Of a stretch of 60,551 nt of DNA, positions 46,478 to 54,578 are shown piece by piece. Where the stretch lies: the IMG/VR virus record IMGVR_UViG_3300036818_000059, positions 1-60,551 of that record, one strand, 5' to 3'. The stretch comes from a virus. Lineage: Duplodnaviria; Caudoviricetes. The notes below the pieces were generated by a model, which had not been told where the DNA came from, ran no database searches, and saw only the letters and a program-made list of their open reading frames with translations. A program made the position numbers and the translations under genes. Each line of letters starts with the position of its first letter. Within the stretch, counting starts at the first letter, position 1.

Positions 46478-46922
46478 CGCCCTTCTTCTCCGGCGCCGGC
46501 GCCTTCCCCATGACGCGATCGAGGTCGGCCACGATCCCCTTCAGCGCGACCGCCTGCTCCCGCTCCTCTGACAGCACCCGGTCCACGTAGACCGTGACCT
46601 CGGCGCCCGACTCGTCGTGGCGGAAACGCAACCAGTCCTGGCCGTGCAACTGCCGGTCCAGCATTTCCAGCCGGTCGATAATCCGACACGCCTGCACCAG
46701 CAGAGGCGCTTGCGTCACCCGCACCGGCCCGAGCGCGGTGACCGCATCCCAGTACCGCTGGCCTGCCTCACCCAGTTCCACCTGCGACGGCCGTGACGCC
46801 GTCACGGGCAACGTCACGGCGCCGTCCGTGACGGCGTGGCACCGACCAGGCGTGCAAAGCGAGTGATCACCAGCTTTGTGACGCCGATGCCGGCGAGCAC
46901 GCTCGGCGTCCGTCGAGGCCAT
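46416..46922 (-). CDS. terS: Terminase small subunit
   Basis: ACRIIDRL, E.REQ, DLAARRAAR; directly upstream of terL. Confidence 0.8.
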   Translation of the reverse strand: MASTDAERARRHRRHKAGDHSLCTPGRCHAVTDGAVTLPVTASRPSQVELGEAGQRYWDAVTALGPVRVTQAPLLVQACRIIDRLEMLDRQLHGQDWLRFRHDESGAEVTVYVDRVLSEEREQAVALKGIVADLDRVMGKAPAPEKKGGGVLADLAARRAARGPLPAS

Positions 46923-47001
46923 CACGAACCTCCGAGGACGCATCGGGGGGAGAAAAAGGGCGCCGTGGGAGCGAGGTCAACGACGTTGATCGTTCTCGAT
47001 C

Positions 47002-47108
47002 AGGACATACCCCCCCATGTCGGACATGTCCGATTAGGTCGGTTCCTGATATGTCCGAATCTGTATGTCCGGTTCGACCCATGTCGTCTGTGTACGCTAT
47101 GTCCGATT
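47002..47108. other. Candidate cos/packaging site with ATGTCCG repeats
   Basis: GACAT-ACCCCCCC-ATGTC at 47004-47021 and four ATGTCCG copies between the HNH gene and terS. Confidence 0.45.
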
Positions 47109-47273
47109 GCACGCATCTCGACCTAACCAGCATGTCTCAGGCTCGGTCACGTATGTGGATCACGCATCGTGCTTCCTGCTGGCGCTGAGTCGGGCGTAGC
47201 GGCACGGTGGCAGCCTGACGGCTAGCAAGCTACGTGCTGGTCTCGGCACGCTCAGCGGCCATCTCAGCCATGA

Positions 47274-47633
47274 TCACAGCAAGTCGAGGCTCAGCGCCAC
47301 GTAGCCGCGCTTGGCCTCAGGGTTGAGCACCGAGCACGGCAGGCCGAGGGAGCAGGCGCAGCGTTCGACTGGCAGGCCGCGCAGGCGGTTGGAGCGGGCG
47401 GTGTTGCAGGCGCAGTGGGCGAGGCGCAGTCCCTCACGCCTGGTCGGATGTCCGCCGTGCTGGAGCTGGATCAGGTGGTCAGCAGTCCGTGCCATCCGGT
47501 CCTTGGGGTGCAGGCTCGGGTCCACCCAGTGACCACACAGCCAGCAGTGTGTCTCCTCGCGGTAGACGCGGGCACTGACCTCACGCCAGGCTCGGCCTGT
47601 CCGACCGGCTGCCGTAGCCGCCGTGCGGGACAT
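47274..47633 (-). CDS. Terminase-associated HNH endonuclease
   Basis: CWLCG, TADH..GG, LAHCACN..R. Confidence 0.85.
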   Translation of the reverse strand: MSRTAATAAGRTGRAWREVSARVYREETHCWLCGHWVDPSLHPKDRMARTADHLIQLQHGGHPTRREGLRLAHCACNTARSNRLRGLPVERCACSLGLPCSVLNPEAKRGYVALSLDLL

Positions 47634-47635
47634 GG

Positions 47636-48166
47636 TCAGGCGCGGACCAACTGCGGGTTGCTCACCGAGGCCATGACCGGCATGAGCTGCGCCTGCTGCT
47701 CGTGCGTCCAGTGGTCCGACTCCTGGACGATCAGCGTGTCGCAGGTCATCCCTCGGTGGTTGGCCCTGTGGCCAGTGAACCTGACCTCAGCCGCCGTGCT
47801 GGTCCGATAGACCCGTTCGCGGCCGTTGCCTCTGCACGCCGTCAGGTCGGCTGGAGCATGGCCTGCATCGCCGATGCGGTGCAGCAGGTGAGTGAAGTGG
47901 TCGAAGGCGCAGCGGTAGGTGATGGGCCTGTACGCCGTCCACAGGATGCGCTCATCGAACAGCAGTAGCCCAGCGAGCGCCCGGACGGTCAGGACCTGCT
48001 CGGCGTCCCGGCCTAGCGCGACGGCCACGTCGGACGTAGCCCACCTGTTGTCCTCGCGCACCGCGAGCATGGCGGCGAGGCACTCCCCCTGGTCGTCGCT
48101 CAGGTCCAGTCCGGCCACGTCCGCCAGATCGAAGGCTGCGTGGACCGGAGCGTCGGTGTTGATCAC
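47636..48166 (-). CDS. Degenerate stand-alone paralog of the terminase ATPase domain
   Basis: Colinear by eye with the TerL N-terminal half; Walker A and B substituted. Confidence 0.75.
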   Translation of the reverse strand: MINTDAPVHAAFDLADVAGLDLSDDQGECLAAMLAVREDNRWATSDVAVALGRDAEQVLTVRALAGLLLFDERILWTAYRPITYRCAFDHFTHLLHRIGDAGHAPADLTACRGNGRERVYRTSTAAEVRFTGHRANHRGMTCDTLIVQESDHWTHEQQAQLMPVMASVSNPQLVRA

Positions 48167-48179
48167 GTGCTCTCGCCTC

Positions 48180-48677
48180 CTACTCTGCCGGCTGAGGTGG
48201 CTGGGTTGCGGGACACGGTAGGCGCGGGTCGCAGGAGTAGGCCAGTAGTTCGCCGCTGTCCGGATCGTGGAGCGGCTCGACCTGCCATGGCTCTAGCAGG
48301 AAGGGCGACAGCGAAGCCTCAGGCCATCCATCTCGGCCGCCACGCACCAACAGCGGCATCCGGTTGGCTCGCTCGATCTCGATGCCCGGGTAGTCGTCGG
48401 GCCACACCTGCTCGGGCGTGGCGCCCTGCCGCTCCCGCTTGCGCCGTGCCCTGCGGCTCTCACGCTTCCACTCCAGTGAGTGGACAGAGTGGCCGTTCGG
48501 AAGGCTGCGCCGGACCGCGCCGCGTGACACCCACGTGCGGTCGCAGTCGCACCGCCAGACGGTGCCTGCCGGGTAGTCGCGGTCAGCGCCGACCGGCAAG
48601 GTGTCCGAGCCGCCATCGGGTGGCGTGCAGATATGGTCGCTGGGCCGCTCGGGGCGGTACACGACGTGGCCGCTCAT
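48180..48677 (-). CDS. Hypothetical protein
   Basis: HIC.PP, GTVWRCDC motif. Confidence 0.55.
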   Translation of the reverse strand: MSGHVVYRPERPSDHICTPPDGGSDTLPVGADRDYPAGTVWRCDCDRTWVSRGAVRRSLPNGHSVHSLEWKRESRRARRKRERQGATPEQVWPDDYPGIEIERANRMPLLVRGGRDGWPEASLSPFLLEPWQVEPLHDPDSGELLAYSCDPRLPCPATQPPQPAE

Positions 48678-48892
48678 CGGATGCGCTCGAAGACGTCGGC
48701 GTGCTGGTCGTGCGCACGGAGCCTGCGGTAGCGGTACTCGCCTGCGGTGTCCAGCTTGAGCACGCCGTCCACGTAGTGGCCGGTCTCGGCGAGCAGGTCG
48801 GTGGACACGAGGATCACGTCGTCGGCGCGTTCGACGGTGATCGTGCCGTCGTCGTGGCGCCGGAGGGCGGCCGTGCCGTAATGGTCGGTCAC
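48674..48892 (-). CDS. Hypothetical protein
   Basis: Coupled ORF, high GC3. Confidence 0.6.
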   Translation of the reverse strand: MTDHYGTAALRRHDDGTITVERADDVILVSTDLLAETGHYVDGVLKLDTAGEYRYRRLRAHDQHADVFERIR

Positions 48893-49116
48893 CGGATCAC
48901 CATCGGCACGTTCATGTCCGAGTACCGCGACCGGATCACCGAAGCGCGCTCGGCGAGCTGCGAGGCCGAGCCGCACGCGCCCTGCTTGGCCAGCCACTCA
49001 CCCGCGCGCTCGCGGCTCGGGAAGCCAGGCTTGACGATGGGCTTGGCCGCGAAGCCGAACGCGGGCAGCTCGACCGACCAGCCGTCGTCGGCCTTGAAGA
49101 TGCGGGGCTTGGCCAT
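48889..49116 (-). CDS. Hypothetical protein
   Basis: Coupled ORF. Confidence 0.6.
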   Translation of the reverse strand: MAKPRIFKADDGWSVELPAFGFAAKPIVKPGFPSRERAGEWLAKQGACGSASQLAERASVIRSRYSDMNVPMVIR

Positions 49117-49619
49117 CAGCGGTCGCCCTGCTCGCGCAGCCGCCGAGCCTCGACTGTCAGGCCGAGCGCTTCGGCGTGGTCCGGGTCGGTGATCGGGCCA
49201 CCATGAGACAGGAAGGCAGGGATCGAGTCGTCGCCCGTCTCCGTGCCAGGTCCGTGCACGAGGCCGCCGCGTGCGTAGTCGCCCGGCTGCATCGGTCCGC
49301 CAGGGCTCCATTCGCCGGGGTGTGGTGGCTGCTGCAGGCGGTCGTAGTAGCGCTGCATGTGGCGTTTGCCGGCCGCCACCTGCTCCGCGAGGCTCCAATC
49401 CGCATACCAGCCACTGCCAGTCCGCAGGGCTCGGTAAGCACTGGATGGCGAAGCGTGACCGGTCTGGACGTGGCCCAACGCAGTCTCGACGCTCTCGTGG
49501 TTGCAGCCGTGGAAGTCGAACGACACGGGCCGGATCGCGTCGTCGGCAACGACCTGCCACTGGCCGACGTCGGCAGGCGTGCGGCGGAACAGTCGGCGGA
49601 TGAAGTTGATGATGCGCAT
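49116..49619 (-). CDS. Hypothetical protein with a tape-measure-type GG-GPG-DxIPAxLS motif
   Basis: GGGAG RBS; YARGGLVHGPGTETGDDSIPAFLS. Confidence 0.6.
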   Translation of the reverse strand: MRIINFIRRLFRRTPADVGQWQVVADDAIRPVSFDFHGCNHESVETALGHVQTGHASPSSAYRALRTGSGWYADWSLAEQVAAGKRHMQRYYDRLQQPPHPGEWSPGGPMQPGDYARGGLVHGPGTETGDDSIPAFLSHGGPITDPDHAEALGLTVEARRLREQGDR

Positions 49620-49772
49620 GCCGACTCCCCAGTCAGTCAGGTCACTCTGTGTTGTTCAGGATTTGCAAGTGCGAGTGTTACCCCGGTGATCCCGGGCAAG
49701 TTCGATCTACGTTCGATCACGCAGCGTGCAGTGCGTTCGCGGTATGCTGGTGTCGGCAGCATGTCCGGTCCA

Positions 49773-49865
49773 GCCGTCAGCGGGTCGCCGCAGGCGGTAG
49801 GTACGCGCCTCGCAAGTGCCGGACGATCCGGGTTCGAATCCCGGCAGCAACCGCAAGTGGACGGC
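49773..49865 (+). ncRNA. tRNA-like RNA (D and T arms, no canonical anticodon arm)
   Basis: T arm CCGGG-TTCGAAT-CCCGG, D arm GGCG-GTAGGTACG-CGCC, extended closing stem, upstream TATGCT -10. Confidence 0.5.
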
Positions 49866-49895
49866 GGCCGAGTGTGGTGCAAGCCCGACGGGGCG

Positions 49896-50417
49896 TCAGC
49901 GCCGCACGAGCGCCGTGGCCGGAACCCACATGCCACGCTCGCCGACACCCACCACATAGCCCGCCACCGGCTCGCCGTCCTCGCCGGGCATCCGGGCCGA
50001 CTCCCACACGGTGGCGTCCACATCGGCCGCTGCCTCGCCCTCCACGCTGCCGTGGAAGGCCACCTCGTCACCCGCCAGGTAGACGCTGCTGCGTGCGGCG
50101 TCCGGGTCCGGGTGCTCGATGCGCACCGCCCAGCGCTGGGCGTCGTGGTCCGGGTCGTGGGCGTCGTGGCGCAGGTCCCGCTCGTGCACGTTGGTCAGCA
50201 GACCGTGCGGATCGCAGGTGACGCACGCGGTGGCGAAGTGGAACTCGGGCTGCGGAGGCGCGGGCGCGAGGCCGACCTCGGGCCAGTCGGTAATCTGCTC
50301 GGGGATCAGGACGTGCACCTCGTAGCCGATGCCGTCGATCCAAACGATGGTCACCCAGTCGCCGCTGAACATCCGCTGGGCGAGTTGGCCCGTCTGCGGG
50401 TTGACGCGCAGTCTCAT
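49896..50417 (-). CDS. Hypothetical protein
   Basis: ATGA coupling. Confidence 0.6.
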   Translation of the reverse strand: MRLRVNPQTGQLAQRMFSGDWVTIVWIDGIGYEVHVLIPEQITDWPEVGLAPAPPQPEFHFATACVTCDPHGLLTNVHERDLRHDAHDPDHDAQRWAVRIEHPDPDAARSSVYLAGDEVAFHGSVEGEAAADVDATVWESARMPGEDGEPVAGYVVGVGERGMWVPATALVRR

Positions 50418-50746
50418 GCGTCCACCCATCGTCCGTCGCGGATGAAGCCGTGGCTCGGGCAGTGACGGCACGCCAGGCTCGGCGAGAGTGTCAGGTGCTC
50501 CTCGTCGCCGGGTCCACCGGCCACGAGATGATGGTTCGCCTTCCACGCCGTGGGCACAGCCTGCTCGGCCTCCGGCACCCAGGCGACGTAGCCGCCGCAA
50601 TACAGCGCGCCGGGCAGCGCGTCGGGTCCCTTCGGGTGGTGCTCGATCAGCCCGACGGTCTGGCCCGCCGAGTTCTGGAGCCACACGAAGGAGTGGCCGG
50701 TGCCGAGGTCGTGCTGGTCCTCGCGGCCCTCGTAGGTCGTTGGCAT
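50414..50746 (-). CDS. DUF6527-like small protein
   Basis: LTLSPSL.C..C..HGFIRDGRW. Confidence 0.65.
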   Translation of the reverse strand: MPTTYEGREDQHDLGTGHSFVWLQNSAGQTVGLIEHHPKGPDALPGALYCGGYVAWVPEAEQAVPTAWKANHHLVAGGPGDEEHLTLSPSLACRHCPSHGFIRDGRWVDA

Positions 50747-50749
50747 CGC

Positions 50750-50923
50750 TCACTCTCCCCCAGCGTCGAGTCGGTCGGCCACGATGCCCAGCACCAGGCC
50801 GCCAGCGAGCAGTCCGAGCGAGACGGACCACGAGTGTCGGGCGAGAAGCAGAGAGGCCAGGACGAGGATGCAGGCGGTCAGGAGGACGACCACGGCGGCA
50901 GGTCTCGGACGGCGTCGGGTCAT
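50750..50923 (-). CDS. Small membrane protein
   Basis: Two hydrophobic helices. Confidence 0.55.
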   Translation of the reverse strand: MTRRRPRPAAVVVLLTACILVLASLLLARHSWSVSLGLLAGGLVLGIVADRLDAGGE

Positions 50924-51069
50924 CGGCCGAGCAGCACGAGCACGAGGTCCACGCCAGCCAGGATGGCCGCCGCGATGAGGAGGACCCGACCGGCGTTGCC
51001 GCCCACCAGTGCGCCGAGCATGCCCAGCAGGACCGCGAGGGGCAGCAGGATCGCCGGGAACAGGGTCAC
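50920..51069 (-). CDS. Small membrane protein
   Basis: GGAGG RBS, hydrophobic. Confidence 0.55.
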   Translation of the reverse strand: MTLFPAILLPLAVLLGMLGALVGGNAGRVLLIAAAILAGVDLVLVLLGR

Positions 51070-51199
51070 GGCCACCTCCCTGCACGACGAAGGCCGCCAG
51101 TCCCGGAAGAATGGCGGCCCGATCGCGGGCGTCCGAGTCACCATTTTGGTGACACTGAGTCCACTATGATCGGGAGCGTTGCACGTTGATCCCCACGAG

Positions 51200-51388
51200 T
51201 CAAGCTGCGCGTACCGGCGTGGCGCGTGCGTCCCTCATCCTCAGTAGGTCGGCGCGGTCGTAGAGCGGTCGGTAGCGCTCGTCCAGGCCGAAGGACCAGA
51301 CCTGACGACGTCGAGCCCACGAGCGCACTGTGGCCGCTGGGATGCCGAGGATGCGCTCCGCTTCCGCTGCGCTGAACAGGTGCCTCAC
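51200..51388 (-). CDS. MerR-like HTH protein, possible late regulator
   Basis: AAEAERILGIPAATVRSWARR...YDRADL; last gene before the late region. Confidence 0.75.
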   Translation of the reverse strand: MRHLFSAAEAERILGIPAATVRSWARRRQVWSFGLDERYRPLYDRADLLRMRDARATPVRAA

Positions 51389-51479
51389 CGGTCGTGCGCC
51401 TTGTCGAGGTGGGCCAGCGCCATCAGGTCGACAAACCGCTGCGCTTCGTCGTCGGTCAGCCCTGATCGGACGTGGCCAG

Positions 51480-52139
51480 TCATGACGCCTCCAAAATGGT
51501 CCCCAGTCGCAACCATTCTGCCCGAGGCCACTGCCTTGAGCAGGCGCGACACTGAATCGTATCGCCGTTGATCGGAGCGAATAGCGCCGTGTTGCACAGC
51601 CCGCTCGGCTGGCCCTGCTCGTCCACCAGCACGGTCGGGCACCGGCCGATAGGACGCGGTCGTGGCTCCCCCGTCACGGGCCGCAGCGCTGCCACGAGCT
51701 CGTGTAGCTCCCGGGAGTACTCGTCCACCCACGGCTGCGAGGTGATGTGCGCGTGCAGCCTCAGCAGGTAGGCCACCAGTCCGGCCACGCTCGGGTCCGT
51801 GTACTCGATGCCCGTGTCCTCGGCCAGCATCCGCACCCACGTACCCAGTGTCGCGGGCGGGGCGTAGGCGCGTCCGTCCGTCGTGGATCGCGGGTCCATC
51901 ATCGACAGCACGTGGTCGTTGGCCGGGCTCTTGGATCGCGGCACCGAGCGGACACTGGAGCCCTCCCCCGCTTGGCTCGCTGGGCGGATGTCGAGTCGGG
52001 CGTAGCGGTCCCGGATCTCGGCGAGGTCGTCCCGGATGTCCATCGAGCAGGTGTCGCACGTGGTGTAGCCGGGCGTGGCTGGCCTGCTGCGGCCACGTGA
52101 TCCGCAGGGCAGGCAACGGTCTGCGGTGGTCACATCCAC
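51480..52139 (-). CDS. Zinc-binding hypothetical protein
   Basis: CxxC pairs, IGRCP...C...CRAC..W. Confidence 0.7.
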   Translation of the reverse strand: MDVTTADRCLPCGSRGRSRPATPGYTTCDTCSMDIRDDLAEIRDRYARLDIRPASQAGEGSSVRSVPRSKSPANDHVLSMMDPRSTTDGRAYAPPATLGTWVRMLAEDTGIEYTDPSVAGLVAYLLRLHAHITSQPWVDEYSRELHELVAALRPVTGEPRPRPIGRCPTVLVDEQGQPSGLCNTALFAPINGDTIQCRACSRQWPRAEWLRLGTILEAS

Positions 52140-52434
52140 CTCCTCGACGCCCTCAGTACGAGCACGCCGTCTACTTCACGGACGGGGTGAAACAGCGGCA
52201 GTCGTAGCCCTAGCCTTCGGGCGGTGCCGCGCCTGATGCGAGTGGTCATGCCAATCCTCCGAACCGGAACCTGACGCCCTCGATGTGTGCGCCGCGGCCA
52301 TCCTCGGTGTAGATCGTCAAGGTCCTCACGGACTCGTGAGCAGCGTTCGTTGCGAGCTTGAATGGGAGGTCTTTGACGCCCACCCGCTTACGATGCCAGG
52401 CCGATTGGCACACCTCGGAGCAGAAGTATGGTGG

Positions 52435-53055
52435 TCACGGCTGGCTCGCCTGGATCAACTGCCGGGCCTGGTCGTAGCGCTCCCACAGCGACGAGTCGCC
52501 GCCGTTGCGGTCCGGGTGGAGCGCTGAGGCCGCAGTGCGTAGCAGGAGCTTCGTGCTCAGCCCCTCGCTGCCCGGCACGTCCACGACGGTGCGCAGCCAC
52601 CGGATGGCCTCGTCCGCGCTCGCGAACGTCGCCGGAGCACCCGAACCGATGGCACGCCAGCCCACGTACTGCTCGCCGGACTTCGACACGCCGTACCGGT
52701 CGACAGCGCGCAGGGCTTGCAGGCTCAGCGCGATCGCGCGGACGTTGGCCTGCCAGTAGTCGTAGGCGTCCGTGGCGTACGACAGGGGCCCGTAGCGGGA
52801 CTGAAACGACACCACGACGCCTGGGAAGCCAGCGGTCGCCCTGGCGTAGAGCTTGCCGTCCTGGCGGATGTCGCCACGCTGCACGTCCACCCGGACCGCG
52901 ATCACGCCGCGCAGGCCCAGCTTGCTGATCTCAGAGGTGAGCATGCTCATCGTGTCGGTCCACGAAGCGGTGAACCGGCTGCGCGGTGCCCGGTGTTTGG
53001 TGACCTTCCGTCCCCAGTCGCCCAGCGGTTCGATCTGCCATGCCACGTCGCTCAC
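52435..53055 (-). CDS. Phage protein with C-terminal J-domain-like HPD motif
   Basis: PGVVVSF, NVRAIALSL.ALRAVDRYGV, LHPDRNGG. Confidence 0.75.
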   Translation of the reverse strand: MSDVAWQIEPLGDWGRKVTKHRAPRSRFTASWTDTMSMLTSEISKLGLRGVIAVRVDVQRGDIRQDGKLYARATAGFPGVVVSFQSRYGPLSYATDAYDYWQANVRAIALSLQALRAVDRYGVSKSGEQYVGWRAIGSGAPATFASADEAIRWLRTVVDVPGSEGLSTKLLLRTAASALHPDRNGGDSSLWERYDQARQLIQASQP

Positions 53056-53360
53056 GTCTCGCCCTCCTTTCGCTCGCCGGCCACACGGGCTGCCTTCAGT
53101 ACACGTCGAGCGTCCTGGGTGTAGTTGCCGCCTATGAACGCCGACCGCCACATCGCCCGCCATGCGGCCCGGAACTCGGTGTCCGTCAGTTCGATCCCTG
53201 CTTCGTCCATGCAGATCCGGGTGAAGGCGCGCCAGGAGTCGGCTATGGAGATTTCGGCGACGTCCTCGTCGTGGGCGTGCAGCCGGATCGCCGTCGCCAG
53301 TCGACGCACTTCGTCGTCGTCCAGCCGTTCCCGGATCGCCCGGTCGAGGTCACTCGGCAC
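53052..53360 (-). CDS. Hypothetical protein
   Basis: Coupled ORF. Confidence 0.55.
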   Translation of the reverse strand: MPSDLDRAIRERLDDDEVRRLATAIRLHAHDEDVAEISIADSWRAFTRICMDEAGIELTDTEFRAAWRAMWRSAFIGGNYTQDARRVLKAARVAGERKEGET

Positions 53361-53595
53361 GTCCACCACGCTCCACCTCGTCGGCCAGGGCCGTGAGTTC
53401 CACGGTGCCCCACACCGCAAGCGGCTGCTCGGGTGCGTGCTGGATGAGCCACGCTAGGACGACGTCCACGGCATCGCGGGCGTCCGGCAGGTACTCGCCT
53501 GTCCGCTGCGTGTCCTCGGGTGACCCGGGTCGCGGCCCGTCGCCGTGCGCCATCCTGTCGGCCAGGGTCCACGCGAGGTCATCCGCGAGCGACAT
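53350..53595 (-). CDS. Hypothetical protein
   Basis: RBS, high GC3. Confidence 0.6.
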   Translation of the reverse strand: MSLADDLAWTLADRMAHGDGPRPGSPEDTQRTGEYLPDARDAVDVVLAWLIQHAPEQPLAVWGTVELTALADEVERGGRAE

Positions 53596-54310
53596 GGCCG
53601 TCCCCTTCCTCGTTCTGCTCGGCGGTGAGTGTCGGCAGGTCAGCGCGCTTGAGTCGGTCGATCTCGGCGGCGATCAGTGCACCTGCCTTGCTCAACTCGC
53701 GGACGCGATCATCGTCGCTGGGCTTGAAGTCGTCCGGGTGCCACGGCCAACCCACGGGCGTACGGACATAGCGATCGCCGCGGTCGTCGCCCGCTCCGGC
53801 GGCCAGCCGGGGTTCCATTGGCCTGAGTCCTCGCGGGAACGCGTAGCACATCGCTGCACGCACCAACTGGTGCTCGCGATAGGCGTCGTCATGCTGAGCC
53901 GTCATCCTTTCGGCCTCGACCTGCCGGCGTCGTTCGGCTGCGATGAGCGTCGCCCCGTCCAGTTCGGTCGGCAGGCGCAGACCACGGGCGAGCAGGGCGT
54001 CCACATCCTCCGCTGCGTCGTCGGCGAAGTTGCGCCATGTGAGGTGGTCGGCCTGGTACTGGCTCTCGTAGCGGCGCAGGTGGTTCGCCGCGACCGCCTC
54101 GATCAGCGCCTCCCGGTCCACTGGAGGGACAGGCGCGGGCAGCTGGGCCTTGGTGCGGCGCGTGTCCATTAGCTTGGCCAGCGCCTCGCTCTGCCGCTCG
54201 TAGGCCGGGCAGTCGAAGGCGTGCATGCCGTTGGGGTCGCCGTTCATCGCCATCTCGCCTACGCAACAGTCCTCGGGCTCGGCTGCTGCGGTGAGGTCGT
54301 CACTGGCCAT
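53579..54310 (-). CDS. Mosaic protein with AERxRQ...WPW...KAGALIAAEIDRL phage domain
   Basis: Recognisable phage motif of unknown function. Confidence 0.7.
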   Translation of the reverse strand: MASDDLTAAAEPEDCCVGEMAMNGDPNGMHAFDCPAYERQSEALAKLMDTRRTKAQLPAPVPPVDREALIEAVAANHLRRYESQYQADHLTWRNFADDAAEDVDALLARGLRLPTELDGATLIAAERRRQVEAERMTAQHDDAYREHQLVRAAMCYAFPRGLRPMEPRLAAGAGDDRGDRYVRTPVGWPWHPDDFKPSDDDRVRELSKAGALIAAEIDRLKRADLPTLTAEQNEEGDGHVARG

Positions 54311-54578
54311 CGGTGTCCGCCTTTCCATGTCGGGCATTCCACGAGATCAGGACGCGCTGCCCCTCGTCCGTCAGGGCCAGCGGAGCCCGGTAGTCGCCTA
54401 CGATGCGCGCGAGGCCGGCGTGCACGAGGCTCGTCACGGCCCGCTCGGCGTGTCCGTAGGACCCCGGGACCGTGGCGTTGATCCACCATCCGCTCACGCC
54501 CAGTCCGCGCGCGACCAGTTCGACCTCGACGCAGCGGAGCATGGCGTGGCGCAGGGCCGTCCACTTCAGCTCAGCCAT
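54300..54578 (-). CDS. Small wHTH-like hypothetical protein
   Basis: AAGGAG RBS; L..AGL...LTDEG. Confidence 0.6.
   Translation of the reverse strand: MAELKWTALRHAMLRCVEVELVARGLGVSGWWINATVPGSYGHAERAVTSLVHAGLARIVGDYRAPLALTDEGQRVLISWNARHGKADTDGQ

Noticed and set aside
49784-49852. Canonical tRNA gene
   Set aside because: Anticodon arm too short, acceptor mismatches, no CCA; kept only as a tRNA-like candidate
52189-52240. Plus-strand GAAAC...GTC...CTGATG resembling a third hammerhead
   Set aside because: No stem III pairing, the core reads CUGAUGC rather than CUGANGA, and no stem II
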